64,000 bases of DNA from Octopus sinensis (lineage: Eukaryota), in assembly GCF_006345805.1 (NCBI RefSeq), contig NC_043005.1, positions 103,044,001 to 103,108,000 of the forward strand, written 5' to 3'. The translations under genes and the position numbers were made by a program. Below the pieces are notes generated by a model. The model searched no databases, was not told the origin of the DNA, and worked only from the letters and a program-made list of their open reading frames with translations. Within the stretch, counting starts at the first letter, position 1. Every line of letters begins with the position of its first letter. Shown here one piece after another: positions 38,276 to 52,539 of this stretch.

Positions 38276-39070
38276 GAGCTTTTAAATACACATACGCACT
38301 CACACAGAAATATATACAGTGCACAAACATGCATGTGACATACACTAGATTGTAAACACACACACACGCGCGCATGGGACACTAGATTGTATATTTGTGT
38401 GTGTATATATATACATGTGTGTGTGATTATATATGTGTGTGTGTATGTATACCCACACATATATCACATACCACACAGAAATATTATGTGTACGCATTAT
38501 ACACATAGACAAGAGATAGTACCTACATATCGGCGGACATACTAGACATATATGCACACATATATTTTTACGCTAAACACATGCAGGCATGTATACACAT
38601 TACATAAAAACGTAGACATGGACATAAATATATTGTGCACCCATGTACACACTTGTATATACATTATACATAAAGTACAGGTAGTATACACAAATACATC
38701 GGCAAGTATTATACACACAACAATGTTACAATCCAATATACAAATAGTATATTGCATTCTAATATACCTCAGCTTCTGTTGAAGCATATTTCTAGGAGAA
38801 GGTCACTCTGATATAAAACCATATATTCAGGAAATGGCATTGGATATTTTGGGGTATCTTTAGTTTATGCTAGAGATCATGATACTCCCATATCTCTGAG
38901 CCTGCGACTCATATTGGCACCAGACATCTTGTCCTGGATGTCTCTGAATGTCCCCATATATATATGAATGTGTAGTATAAGATGCAGATTCAAAGATTCA
39001 TGCTAATATCACACAATGCTCATCTAACGGACTCGGCTGAGAGACCAAATAGTAATATGATACAGAGAAG

Positions 39071-39483
39071 GGGTCTTTTCGGCTTGAACAGCAGTTTTTC
39101 TAGCGGTGTCATATGAAATTGTCACCTATAATTATGACCCTAGTATCGATCTATTGCATTTCAATCTCTTTTAGGGTTATGGGTGGGGGGAAGGGTATCT
39201 TTTTTTTCTTCACAAATGTAAATAAACCCAATCTGTTTCTTAAACGATGGACATATTCTTACGGCACAGAATGTTTTTTTTACCTCAATAGACGTATTTG
39301 ATTGGTTGAAATTGCAGAAATAGCAGAAAAAAAGCAACAAATATCTTACAAACTATAGAATTTTCTCAATAAAGCCAAGAGAAAAAGTTGTTTTATAAAC
39401 ACATTCTAGCAGTATACGAAGTTTAAAATTTTTGAGTTACCTAGAAATTATGTTAAAAACTGCTGTTCAAACCGAAAAGATCC
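39071..39483 (-). mobile_element. MITE with GGATC termini and 8-bp TSD (copy 2, inverted)
   Basis: Reverse-complement homologue of 11188-11619. TSD CAGAGAAG at 39063-39070 and 39484-39491. Confidence 0.9.
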
Positions 39484-39808
39484 CAGAGAAGTGTAATGCA
39501 GTGTCCATCCACCTGAAAACCAGAAATTCCGATCGATATAAACCATATAATTTCAGGAGTTATGGAAGTTGAATATATTTATTTAACAACTTGACATTCT
39601 TATGGCTACGGTCGTTTCGCAGGCTTCTGCATGTAGTAATACGTTTTAGTGTGAAATATTTTACACGTTTGCATGAATAAGTATGCTACGCATCATACAA
39701 TATAATTGTATAGTCAGAAATCAATGTAAATAAAGTTAGCACTTCGGATCAATAGAACATCAACGATTCCACTCCAATTATGCTCCAAAATTTTGTATTG
39801 ACACACAC

Positions 39809-39842
<34 letters not shown>

Positions 39843-39952
39843 CACACACACACACATACACACACACAGCCTTTTTCACGTCCCGAGCGTTAAACTAATA
39901 CATTTGTTTATTGTCTACACCACCTGTCTTCGTCTCTTGTCTTTTTGTGAAT

Positions 39953-40028
<76 letters not shown>

Positions 40029-40191
40029 GTGTGTGTGTGTGAGTCTAGTAAGAATTTACCAAAAAAAACGAAAGATGAAAACAGGTGTGTAAACAACAAG
40101 CAGATGTAATAATTTAACGCTCGGGAAGTGAGAAAGTCTTTAACGTTTTCGGGCCTACGCTCTTCGACAGAAAGGAACACAGGAATAAAGG

Positions 40192-40223
<32 letters not shown>

Positions 40224-41129
40224 CTAGCATTATGACCCGGCAACGACGGGTGATAGTGCTAGTGCATGTATATAATATATGTGTACATATTACATGTACA
40301 TCTATATATATACATCTACACATAAAATACAAAATACAAAGTTATATCTTGATATCGCTAGTGATAACAATACTCAAAATATATAACAGACTGGAATTGT
40401 AAGCCCGTCTCTTGCAATTTCGATCAATTGTATATTGTCCTCCCTCTTGTATAGAAGTGTGGCTACAATCCAGCCTACCTCTACTTCTGGAGGGGGGGGG
40501 CATTTTAAAGTTTTATCCGGCACGTCCCACGTCCCAGATATAAAGGTAAAAATAGAATAGTTCCACTTTGCAAGTTCGAGACGAGTACTCCCTTGCACGC
40601 TCCGTTGACTCAAACCTTGCTTCTACTGTGGCGAATTTACCGCCTCTGGTTAGATATATTTCATAGTCGCAACAAGACACTTTTCGATGGTGCTTTCCTC
40701 CAGGTGTTCAAATCTTCTTTTTTCTCTACATTGTATACTTTATAGACAATAGTCTTTTCTTTAATTTAATTTTTTATTATCCATCTGGACTATTCCATTT
40801 CTGCACCCTAATTTTATTTTTAATTTATTCCCATTCATGTGAAACCACTTATTCAAGTTCAAGTCATTGATGCAATTTTATACCAATTGCTATTTTCACT
40901 TTTGTTATGTTACGATTATATTATAATTTAGTTTGATTTTAATTATTACTTACTACATATAATTCAATTGTTATAATTTTTATTGTTAAAGTGAAAGTAT
41001 CTGACATAAAATAGAGAAATGTTTTTGTTTCACTTTTAACACGTAATACTGAAATAGTGGAGTAGATATGATATTGCTATGGGCTCGCTCTAGGCAAGAA
41101 GTTGAACATTTTTTTTGCCCATGAAACTA

Positions 41130-41450
41130 CAAGGACCCTAAGTAAGGCATGTGAAAATTTGAATGAAATTAGGATTCACACAAGTGTACGAGTGGTTCAG
41201 ACGTTTCCAAGATCCCCGAAAATATGTCGATATTAACGAAAATACTGGGAGACCTGCAGCCAGCAGAACTAAGGAAACATCGCATACCTGCTCGCACCTG
41301 TACGAGGAAATTGTCGAATCACCGGCCGTGAGTTGTCAGGAGCTGTGCAAATTAGTTACAGTATCAGTTCAGACCATTATCACTGAAGATTTTGGTGTCT
41401 GCCAAGTTTGTGCCAAAACTGCTTTCAGCTGACCAAAAATACAAGATGAA
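41130..41450 (+). pseudogene. Mariner transposase N-terminal (HTH) relic
   Basis: TQVYEWFRRFQD..NTGRPAASRT..VQTIITEDFGVCQVCAK matches the mariner pattern VYEWFxRF..GRPSTSxT..ILTEDLGMRKVCAK. Stops follow. Confidence 0.8.
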
Positions 41451-41672
41451 AACTTATTGAAAATTGTGGCCTCTGAGCAAGTATTGCCAAAATTTTGGCA
41501 AAATTTGCAGCACATTCTCTGCTGAACCTTCCCTGTCACGGTAAGAACACCAACCACATGCTACACACCTTCCTGCAAGCACTGCTGTAAACAGCAGAAG
41601 TGAGCTGAAATGTTAAAACTTATTGCACTTCTACAACAGAGATCAAGGTCAATCTGCGCCAAGTGGATTCAC

Positions 41673-41710
<38 letters not shown>

Positions 41711-41737
41711 GATATATATATATGTATGTATGTATGA

Positions 41738-41768
<31 letters not shown>

Positions 41769-41851
41769 TTATATATATATATATATGTGTGTGTATATAT
41801 ATATATATGTATATATATATACATATATAGATATATGTATGTATATATGCA

Positions 41852-41886
<35 letters not shown>

Positions 41887-42744
41887 GCATGCATATAATA
41901 CTCTACACATACATGTGAGTATTTTGAGGGAAGAGAAGAAAGCAAGAGATAACTTATACATTTCTTTTAGATGATGTATACGTAACATGTAAATAGATAG
42001 CATATATATTCTAGTACCTCCATGGAATTAACTTCTGCTACAACTTGTGTGAGAAGCATAATACTTAGGTGAATTTAATAATAGAGGTAATGATTTGTTT
42101 GGACAGTTCCTGAATAGTATTTAATGGAAAACCGTAGCAACTGAGAAATTTCCAAGAAGATTAATTTCTGACGAAGAAAACTAGGTTAAGTGTTTCGTTC
42201 TTACATTGAGATAAGTTAGGTCGGGTCAAGGGAAAATTATATGAATAGAAGAGAATTGTGTTTATGTATGTATATATGTACAGAGATATATAATATGCGT
42301 GTGTTTATATATGTGTATATATGAATACACAAAAATATACATACATATGTGTGTGTGACTATACATACATACATGCGCGTAGATACATACATATACATGT
42401 ACATACCTATATAGACTTAATAGACTTATTGAGAGAAGCAATTATCGCTGTTCAGAGTAAACGGAAACAAGGAGAGCTATATTACTGTGCACACACGTGT
42501 GCACACGCACACACATACATGCGCATTGGAACACTCAGAAAATAGCTTCTTTGTAAGGAAGATTTCACTATCCTTACTTGAAGACAGTGTTACCAGCCTG
42601 CTGGAATAGTACATTATTAGGTGTGACTATATAGCTTTCGTGTTATCATGAGTCCTTTCGTATGATTCGACAACATTAATATATAAATCGTTGAAATATA
42701 TTTCTGCATGCGAGCATGGTCGTGTTATAATATAAGAGTTGTGA

Positions 42745-42973
42745 AGGCGGCGAGCTGGCAGAAACATTAGCACGCTGGGCGAAATGCTTATTGGTATTCC
42801 GTCTGTCACTACGTTCTGAGTTCAAATTCCGCCGTGGTCGACTTTGCTTTCATCCTTTCGGGGTCGATAAATTAAGTACCAGATACGCACTGGGGTCGAT
42901 GTAATCGACTTAATCCCTTTGTCTGACCTTGTTTCTCTCCTCTATATTTAGCCCCTTGTGGGCAATAAAAAAA
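42745..42973 (+). mobile_element. Family A SINE, full length
   Basis: A-box, B-box GAGTTCAAATTCC, central block and CCCCTTGTGGGCAATAAAA tail. Confidence 0.9.
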
Positions 42974-45900
42974 GCGTAGTGAATTAAATATATATTTCAC
43001 AAATATACCAAATAATTCTAATAGCGTCTCGTGTTGAATTTAATACTTTGGTTATAGTGGACATATTTGTTTAATATATAAATAATTTAAAATATTTAAC
43101 AAAATATGTTAAGCGTTTCTCCGTCAAATGGAAATTCGTGCATCCTTTGACGGCATAAAACATACACTTCCATAGAGAGGAATTCTTGGAAAATAGTTGT
43201 ATAATCTGTGACTCAAATGCATTTAATTTTGGATCACTCGATTAATATTTGCAAGTACCTCTGAGTAAAAAATTTCCAAACATGCATGAACCGACTCATT
43301 GTTAATTTGTCTACAATCTAAAAGAGTAACAATATGCATGTGAATCACATGTTTTTGTACCTTAGTAGCACATTCAGTGGAAGGCAAAGATAATAATGAA
43401 ATTTCTTTTGATATTGATTAAGCTTCAACGTTCTCGTGTAAACTTGAAAGGTGTGCATGTTCCAGGCGTGGTATAAAATGGTAAAAGAATATCTTTTTTA
43501 TATAAGTAGTGTGTTCTGACTGCCATCCTATACACCATTGAAATATTATCTACCTATAAACACCAAGATAAACCATTGGAAAATTTCGTCATTCATGATT
43601 CCACAAATCTTTTCATTGAATAGAATTGACAAATTTCAGTAACAACAGTTTCTACGAGGATTAACGATTCTATCTGTCGTAGATAATATCCTAGTTTCTG
43701 AAACAAAGGAAATATACATTAGCCAATGCAGTGGAGTGAGTACATAAACACAGACTGGCTAAAATTGGAAAGTGTCTCAGTTATAGGCACGATTGGTCGT
43801 GGCTAAATTCGAGCCGGACAGCTGTAGCATTTGACACAAATTAAATTTAGCATGAGTTTCCATATTGCGAGGGACGACCAGAACGCAAAGTTTGACCATT
43901 CAAGCCTTGACGAAACGTGGAATTTGATAGCGATAAACTGATAGCAAGTATGCGTCTTCAAAGATCTTGTGTGTGTTTGTGTGTGTGTATGTGTGTGTGT
44001 GTGTGTTTTTGAGTGTGTGTATGTGTGCGTCTGTGTCTGTGTGTGTGTGTATATATGTCTGTGTCTGCAGTAAACAATAAATCAAAAATATTCAACATGA
44101 AAGAAGTGTTCATCAATCGCAGCGTATAAATTATTCTCGCTGTAATTATTTCATTACTTTATTATATTCTAATGTATTTTTGTAATATATGATTGCATTA
44201 TTATATTTTATTATATTATTATACTATATGGTTGTATTATTGTATATTGACAATGATTTGGCTTGGTATTCTACTTGATGTTATTGTGTGTTATATCAAC
44301 CCTTTAACGGTAGGTCCTTAATTATATCTTTCTATATAATATTCTTTCACCTTTCTCTTATTCTCTCTCTTTTCCTTCTCTCACTCTATCCTCGTTCTCT
44401 TTTTTCTTTTTTCTTTTAAATCTTAATCTGGACATACCCGTTCCCCATAAAAATATTCTCTTTGGGAATATTTCAGTGGTTTGATGCCACCCGAAATTAA
44501 ATATATTTCTCTAATACTTTGTTCCTCATTTGCGTCACCAGCACAGCTTGATCCTTGTCGTCGAAATTGATACTATCTTCTTGTATATGCACCTTTCTGT
44601 ATTTTGTTGTTAATTCCTTTACCTCGTGCCTTTCTACAGGCATATCAACATAGCTGCATTCTCGCTACGACCCCCTAAGTTCTCCCTTTATCCTGTGAAA
44701 GCATATTACACCTTTTGAAAATCATGATGAAATGATAGGAAATGGTTTCCTTCAATAATGCATGAGCTTGCAGAATCAGTGTTCATATACGTTCCAGCAT
44801 GTTGCACGATTTATCTGCCTTATCTATTATGGAAACAATTGTAAGAGAATAAATTTGACACCAAAATATCTATTCTTTTAGTTGTTTTATCTTATATGTG
44901 TGCGAGTGTGTACGTATATATATATATTATATATATATATATATATGCACACATTCATGTATGTGTATAAGTGCATATATAAGTGTGTACATGCATACAT
45001 ACATACATACTGACATATAGATAGATAGATAGATACATACATACATACATATATACATACATACATACATACATACATATCGGCATAAATATATATGCAT
45101 AGGTTTGCGTGGCTGTGCAAATGGTTGTGTCGTATAACGATCATATTATACTTGTAATATAATGGGAAGTATAGACAGCTGTCTACAGTTCCTTTCTGCG
45201 TCAGTTAGCCATTATATTCACCCAAAGAGAAACATGAAATCAATACATTGCACCTTTTACTGTAAGTCCTAATTACTGGACCGGAATCTGTGATTAATGA
45301 ACGAAATACGTTTATAATTCGGGGTCATCCACTTTATCATTTGGCTTAATTTGAAATTCACTATCGATTGCTATTTTCTCTTGTTAGGTTATTAAAGCCT
45401 TACTTTGGTTCGAATGCACCAAATCAGACAAAAGCGAAATTAGAAAGAAAAAAAAAAGTAGAAATGAAATTTAATATCATACGGCTTTAATAAAGATAGT
45501 CACAATATCTCAATGGATAATGTAATTTCTGTATACGCATATATATTCATGTGGTGAAGACACTTAGGCTTTATGTCGACGTTATTCTGTATTTTCTGTG
45601 TCTGTCCTTTACGATGTATACTACGTTGCAACAACGAACACATTAATAGTATACTGTAGTGAGGATAACTGTCAATGCTTGACTAAAACAACAGACATTC
45701 TAAATTGGAACTCTCAATATGCATTCATATACAAAGCTGTAAATACATACATACATATAAAAATTCATACAGCGACGTATAAAACGCACAAACGTGCACA
45801 CACATACACACACACACACGCGCGCATATATTCATACATATATACACGTGTATACATATACGTCTGTGAGTGTTGTTTATTAACTAAGAGGAAACTCGTC

Positions 45901-46141
45901 CTCACAACATATAAGTAAAATAATATGAAGATGCACATTTTCAAAAGAACATTTGATACTACGTGTAAACACGTTAAAGACCAACTCTGTCTGAGAGAAC
46001 AAGTTAATATGCAGTGTTCCATCATGGGATGGAAATGGTAAATATATGCCTGCCAATGTTACGTTTCGAGAGAGTGTCATTTTAACATATTAAGTTCAAT
46101 TTTTCTGTCTCTTTTTCATTATTCATTATTTTTACCACATA

Positions 46142-46300
46142 AGGCGCCGAGCTGGCAGAATCGTTACTGCACTGGAATAAATATTTAGTGGCATTTCTCC
46201 CGACTGTGCGCTCTGAGTTCAGTTACTGCCGTGGTCGACTTTGCTTTTCATCTTTTCGGGGTCGATCAAATAAGTACTGTTTTAGCCTTCAGCTCGATGT
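46142..46300 (+). mobile_element. Diverged family A SINE
   Basis: GGCGCCGAGCTGGCAGAATCGTTA..CTGAGTTCAG..GGTCGACTTTGC..CTTTTCGGGGTCGAT. Confidence 0.8.
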
Positions 46301-46747
46301 AAACAAATTCTTCCCTCACACGAAATTGCTGTCTCAGTGCCAAAACGTGAAACCAATATTTGCACCTTTCATCGCTGAAGTGATCGAAGCAGGTGTTCAA
46401 CTATATATCGTGTTTCTAGTAATATATATATATATATATATTGGTAAAAACGGTAAGATAACAAAAGAAAGAAAGAGACCTCAATATTATGTAAATAGAA
46501 GAAATTTATTTATAAAATAATATGTTACAATAACTCAATAGTCAAGATAAAACTATGAGTTTCAGATGTCGAAGTGGAAATCCACAACAGCATCTCTTCG
46601 GTTATCTGGCCATCTGAAAAAACGCTATGAAAAAATACCGTTATATATGTGTTGTGTGTGTGTGTGTTTGTGGTGTGTGTGTGTGTGTTTGGTGTTTGCG
46701 ATTGTGCGTATGGCTGTGTGTGACTGTGAAGTTTTACGATAAGACAA

Positions 46748-46882
46748 TGCTGATTTGTGCAACATCGTTGGAGTATTTATCCTTCATGCACTTAATGAAA
46801 GGTTCCTCAAGGGCACTGTTGGTCTCTATGCCGACGGTGCTTTAGTTATTTTGCATAATTGTCACAGTCATAGCATGGATAT
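46748..46882 (+). pseudogene. Penelope-like RT fragment
   Basis: ADLCNIVGVFILHAL..VGLYADGALVI..DIFRK is homologous to the LVGFFVLDLL..GLYRDDAL..DKLRK segment at 17105. Confidence 0.65.
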
Positions 46883-47029
46883 ATTCCGTAAACCCCTAAC
46901 TAACGCCTATATATATATAGTTAATCCAAACAAGAAAGCACAAAAAAAAAACACAACAACGCTTTTAGTATATCCGTGAGAGAGCTGAGAATTTTCTGCA
47001 TAATTGACTTACGCATGACGAACGTTTCT

Positions 47030-47445
47030 TATTTTTTTATTGCCCACAAGGGGCTAAACACAGAGGGGACAAACAAGGACAGACAAACGGATTAAGTCGA
47101 TTATATCGACCCCAGTGCGTAAATGGTACTTATTTAATCGACCCCGAAAGGATGAAAGGCAAAGTCGACCTCGGCGGAATTTGAACTCAGAACGTAACGG
47201 CAGACGAAATACCTATTTCTTTACTACACACAAGGGGCTAAACACAGACAGGACAATCAAGGACAGACAAACGGATTGAGTCGATAATATCGATCCCCAG
47301 TGCGCAACTGGTACTTATTTAATCGACCCCGAAAAGATGAAAAGCAAAGTCGATCTCAGCGGAATTTGAACTCAGAACGTAGCAGCAGACGAAATACCGC
47401 TAAGCATTTCGCCCGGCGTGCTAACGTTTCTGCCAGCTCGCCGCA
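47030..47445 (-). mobile_element. Family A SINE dimer
   Basis: Two units joined at CAGACGAAATACC|TATTTCTTTACTAC (~47213). Confidence 0.88.
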
Positions 47446-47589
47446 TGACGAACGCTTCTGCTCGTTGGCTGCCGCCTGACCAAAAGCACACGGGAATATA
47501 TATACAAGATAAATAATTGTATATATATGATAGTGTTCTTCCGGCTGCCATCGACCATATCCACTCACAAATCTTTAATTCGACCCGAG

Positions 47590-47865
47590 GCTGGTAACCA
47601 TGTGGCTGGGAAGCAAACTTCTTGCCACACAGACACACCTACGACTCTTCGTACATGTTTGTGGTCTCTGTGGGTACTTGGCCCCTAGCAGCACTTGACA
47701 GCCAACGTTAGTTTGTTTACGTAACCGTAAACGAAGAAAGTGACAGGTAAAATAAATACTAGCTTTTAGAATATAGCACTGGGGTCCATTCGTTCGACCA
47801 AAAGCCTTCAAGACGACACCCCAGCATGGTCGCAATCCAATGACTAACACAAGTAAATGATAAAA
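47590..47865. mobile_element. Family C SINE fragments (head on -, tail on +)
   Basis: GCTGGTAACCATGTGG..GCAAACTTCTTGCCACACAG (minus-strand head) and TAAATACTAG..CTGGGGTCCATTCGTTCGAC..CCAGCATGG..CAATGACTAACACAAGTAAA (plus-strand tail). Confidence 0.55.
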
Positions 47866-47961
47866 CATAAAACATGGGACGTGCGTGCTTGCATATATAA
47901 GTGTATGTTTGTGCATATATATGTAAGTTTGTGCTTTTGTGTGCCACTCGCGAATTAATGC

Positions 47962-48021
<60 letters not shown>

Positions 48022-48184
48022 GTATATAATATATATACAAAATGAGAAAATGGAGAAATATATCTAAATCAATCATCAACCATCTGATAATACCCAATCA
48101 ATACAACCCCTATCTCATTTATAATTATATATATAATATATATATATATTAATTATCTATATATTATAACATATTATATATTTA

Positions 48185-48253
<69 letters not shown>

Positions 48254-48394
48254 TATATATATTTATATTTATATATATAGATAGATATATATTTATATTT
48301 ATATATATATTTATAGTATATATAATATATTATATATATATACATATATATTATATATATATGTATGTATATATATATTTATAATATTTTATAG

Positions 48395-48431
<37 letters not shown>

Positions 48432-48446
48432 AGTATATATATATTG

Positions 48447-48477
<31 letters not shown>

Positions 48478-49486
48478 ATTATATATATATATATATTATT
48501 GCCCACATGGGTGGGTGTTCTATTTTCCTGAAGCGACTTATCTGATTGGCTAGTAAATATGCCAGGTTTATATTTGTTTTAATATTTCCAGTTATATATT
48601 GATTATGGGAGTTGCGGTGACCTCCAATTTCCTTGCCCCTTGCCAGCTCTGACCAAATTGATCACCTCATTCCTGATGGATCAGCTGACACCAATCTTTC
48701 AACATCCGATGTGCTGGACACACTACTCAATATATTTTCTTAATTTACTTCATTCTCGCCATTTTAATTTTGCGTCTTCGTTTCCGTTCGTTAATTTGAA
48801 TCTTTGATCATTGAAATTAAGTATATTTATTGTAATGCAACAACAACTGCTATCAGAGAGTAACGAATATTATAATTCGTACTATATTTTTACCACACAT
48901 GAATCTCCACCATTATCACCACGATAATGTCATCAAGACTATCTCCACCAAAAGCACTCTACCAACATAACCCCCCCCCCATTTCTTCTATCATCATCAT
49001 CATAATCATCACCACCCTTCACATGAGGTTCAAACGTCACCCACTCAACCACTAAAACTCTCACTACTAGCAGCAGCTAAACTACTACTACTACTACTAC
49101 TACAACTAGTACTACTAGTACGACTACTACTACTAATAATTCTACTAAAGCTACTACTACTACTACAACCAACACTACTACTACCACTACCAAAGCCAAC
49201 CCCATTACTATTACTACTTTTACTAATGATTGTTTACACTTGAATTTCTGTTTTAATCTAATGATAGTATTTACATAATACTCTGCACGAACACCACTAC
49301 CACCACTAACACTGAACGCTGCTACCAACACCACTTGTCTAACAGCCTCTACTATAATAGTATATTATTCTTTTGAAACTATTCACAACGGTTGTGTTGT
49401 TGGTGACGTTTTATGTTCTCTTCTTTGAAAGTGTAAAATCACTGGTGATTGTTTTTTGTAGATGGATGCAGAATGGAAAACAAGGG

Positions 49487-49565
<79 letters not shown>

Positions 49566-49620
49566 CAGACAGATTTATAGATAGATAGACAGACAGATAG
49601 GTAGATAAAGAGAGAGAGAG
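49487..49620. repeat. (GATA)n/(GA)n tract
   Basis: Read directly. Confidence 0.95.
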
Positions 49621-49863
49621 AGGCAACTAGTTATAAGGAAGCGGACAGAGAGACAACGAGTTACAAGAAACGAGACGGAGAGGGAAAAGAGACAGACAGA
49701 GAAAGAAAGACAGAAAGAAGGAAAGAAAGAAAGAAAGAGATATAGAGAAGGTGAAAGACAGAGCGGAGTTACAGAGACCTAAATATATTAACAGACACAA
49801 AGGTATATGTATATATGTTTATTTATACACTACATGTATATACATATATACAAATACACAAAG

Positions 49864-49910
<47 letters not shown>

Positions 49911-50087
49911 ATATTATATACATAAGCATATATATATATAAATTATATGTATACATGCATATTTGCATGCATATATATATACATATATATAGGCATATTT
50001 ATATGTATATATATATATATATGAACATATACGTATATTTCTATATATATACATATATATAAATATATATATATATATCCATGTGTG

Positions 50088-50121
<34 letters not shown>

Positions 50122-50527
50122 TAGTATATATATTAAGATATGCAAAGTAAGGGAGAGAGAATATAAAAGCATGGAGAGACCGAGAGAGACTGTAAGTAAA
50201 TGAAATAAACAGAGACGGTAAGAGAGGAAATAACAAAGAATTGAACAAACGAACCACCAACCAACCAACCAACCAACCAGCAAGCCAGCTACTACATAAA
50301 TAAATAAATAATATATTTGATGCGAAGAGGTGGTGGTGAAGTCGGTAGAGAAGGTGTTAGTAGGAGTGTATAACATATGGAAAAGGTTATTCTAGGAGTT
50401 TATGCAACAGCAGCAATAACTAACGTGAAAGAGAATGTTATATGAGGCGAGAATTACAATAAAGAACACAGGAAACCTATCAGCTATGACCAAACTTTTG
50501 TGTCTGTTTCTTTTTTATATTTACATG

Positions 50528-50588
<61 letters not shown>

Positions 50589-50600
50589 ATATATATATAT

Positions 50601-50632
<32 letters not shown>

Positions 50633-50906
50633 GTATGTATATATATATATATATATATATAGTATATATATGTATATATATATACATACATATGTATGCA
50701 TGTATATATATATATATTATATATATATATTCATATGTATGTATATATATATATCTATATATATATATATATTTATACATATGTATATATATATATATTC
50801 ATATGTATGTATATATATACTATATATATATATATGTATGTATATATATTCTTATACATATATATATATACATATAATATATTATATATATATACTATAT
50901 ATATAT

Positions 50907-50946
<40 letters not shown>

Positions 50947-51237
50947 CGTATGTATGTATATATCTGTGTGTGTATGTACATGCAAGTTTGTATATGGGTG
51001 TGATCATATAAGTAGGTGCAGCCGTCTCTTTGTGTAATCACACAGGCAAATACACACTCATGCACAAACACAGACGTTCATATATCACTATATGTTTGTC
51101 GTTACATATTTATATGTATATACACATACATATACATACCCGTATGCTAACGTGTATGCGCGTGTGTGTATGTGTGTGAATGCATAAATTCTTATATATA
51201 AGCATATATCTATGTACGTGCTTATATATATATATAT

Positions 51238-51288
<51 letters not shown>

Positions 51289-51292
51289 ATAT

Positions 51293-51323
<31 letters not shown>

Positions 51324-51383
51324 GATATATATATATATATTTATTATATATATGTATACGTACATGTATAAATGCAGGTATGA

Positions 51384-51494
<111 letters not shown>

Positions 51495-52121
51495 AAGACA
51501 TACGTACATAAAATTGTCAGGTTATGATGTAGCATTTTCGTTTACTAATAAATCATTAGATCGTGCAGTGCGATACTTCACACTAATTCGTCAGGAAGCT
51601 CTTTATGCTCTGAGTTCAAGCAACACCGAGATTCATGTCTCTTTCTTATCAACTCGGGTCGTGATAAAATTTTGTACCAGTCAAGTGGGTACTTCTACGT
51701 TGCTAAAAAATGTTGTTTTAGCCAGCATGTAGTTCCTTGTGCTTGAAATCTTGTAACAATAGTCTTGAATTTACGAATTCTTTGTCGTTGAAATTCGCTA
51801 ATTTAGAATATACAAAGCAAGTGGAAGCCTGTATTCTTCCTCTCCCTCCCTCTTTCTCTCTATTCCTCTACTATCTCCTTCTCTCTCTCTATATATATAT
51901 ATATAAAAATTAGAAAAAAAACACCTTTTATCAATTCAAAATGAACAATTATATTAAACCATCTACAAAATTACATATAATGAAAAGTTAAAATTAAAAT
52001 AACAATAAAATATCAAAGATTAAGTAAATTGCAAAAGAAAATAATAAAAACGTATATAATAGTTAGAAAAACAAGTTTGGATTTTATTTCCTCAAATAAT
52101 AATTATTATGTATGTACGTAT

Positions 52122-52480
52122 AGGCGCAGGAGTGGTGTGTGGTAAGTAGCTTGCTAACCAACCACATGGTTCCGGGTTCAGTCCCACTGCGTGGCACCTT
52201 GGGCAAGTGTCTTCTGCTATAGCCCCGGTCCGACCAATGCCTTGTGAGACGGAAACGTGTGGGTATGTTTGTGTGTCTGTGTTTGTCCCTCTAGCATTGC
52301 TTGACAACCGATGCTGGTGTGTTTACGTCCCCGTCACTTAGCGGTTCGGCAAAAGAAACCGACAGAATAAGTACTGGGCTTACAAAGAATAAGTCCCGGG
52401 GTCGATTTGCTCGAATAAAGGCGGTGCTCCAGCATGGCCGCAGTCAAATGACTGAAACAAGTAAAAGAGTAAAAGAGTAA
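52122..52480 (+). mobile_element. tRNA-derived SINE family C, near full length
   Basis: Head GGCGCAGGAGTGGTGTGTGGTAAG, B-box GGGTTCAGTCCC, CORE-like CACCTTGGGCAAGTGTCTTCT, and tail CCAGCATGGCCGCAGTCAAATGACTGAAACAAGT(AAAAGAGT)n. Confidence 0.88.
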
Positions 52481-52508
52481 GCGTATATATATATACACAT
52501 ATACACGC

Positions 52509-52539
<31 letters not shown>

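Noticed and set aside
46560-46620. Minus-strand CCGAAGA-GATG..CATC-TGAAAC near the PLE fragment
   Set aside because: It has a core mismatch (U4 to C), an extra base before GAAA and no convincing stem I.
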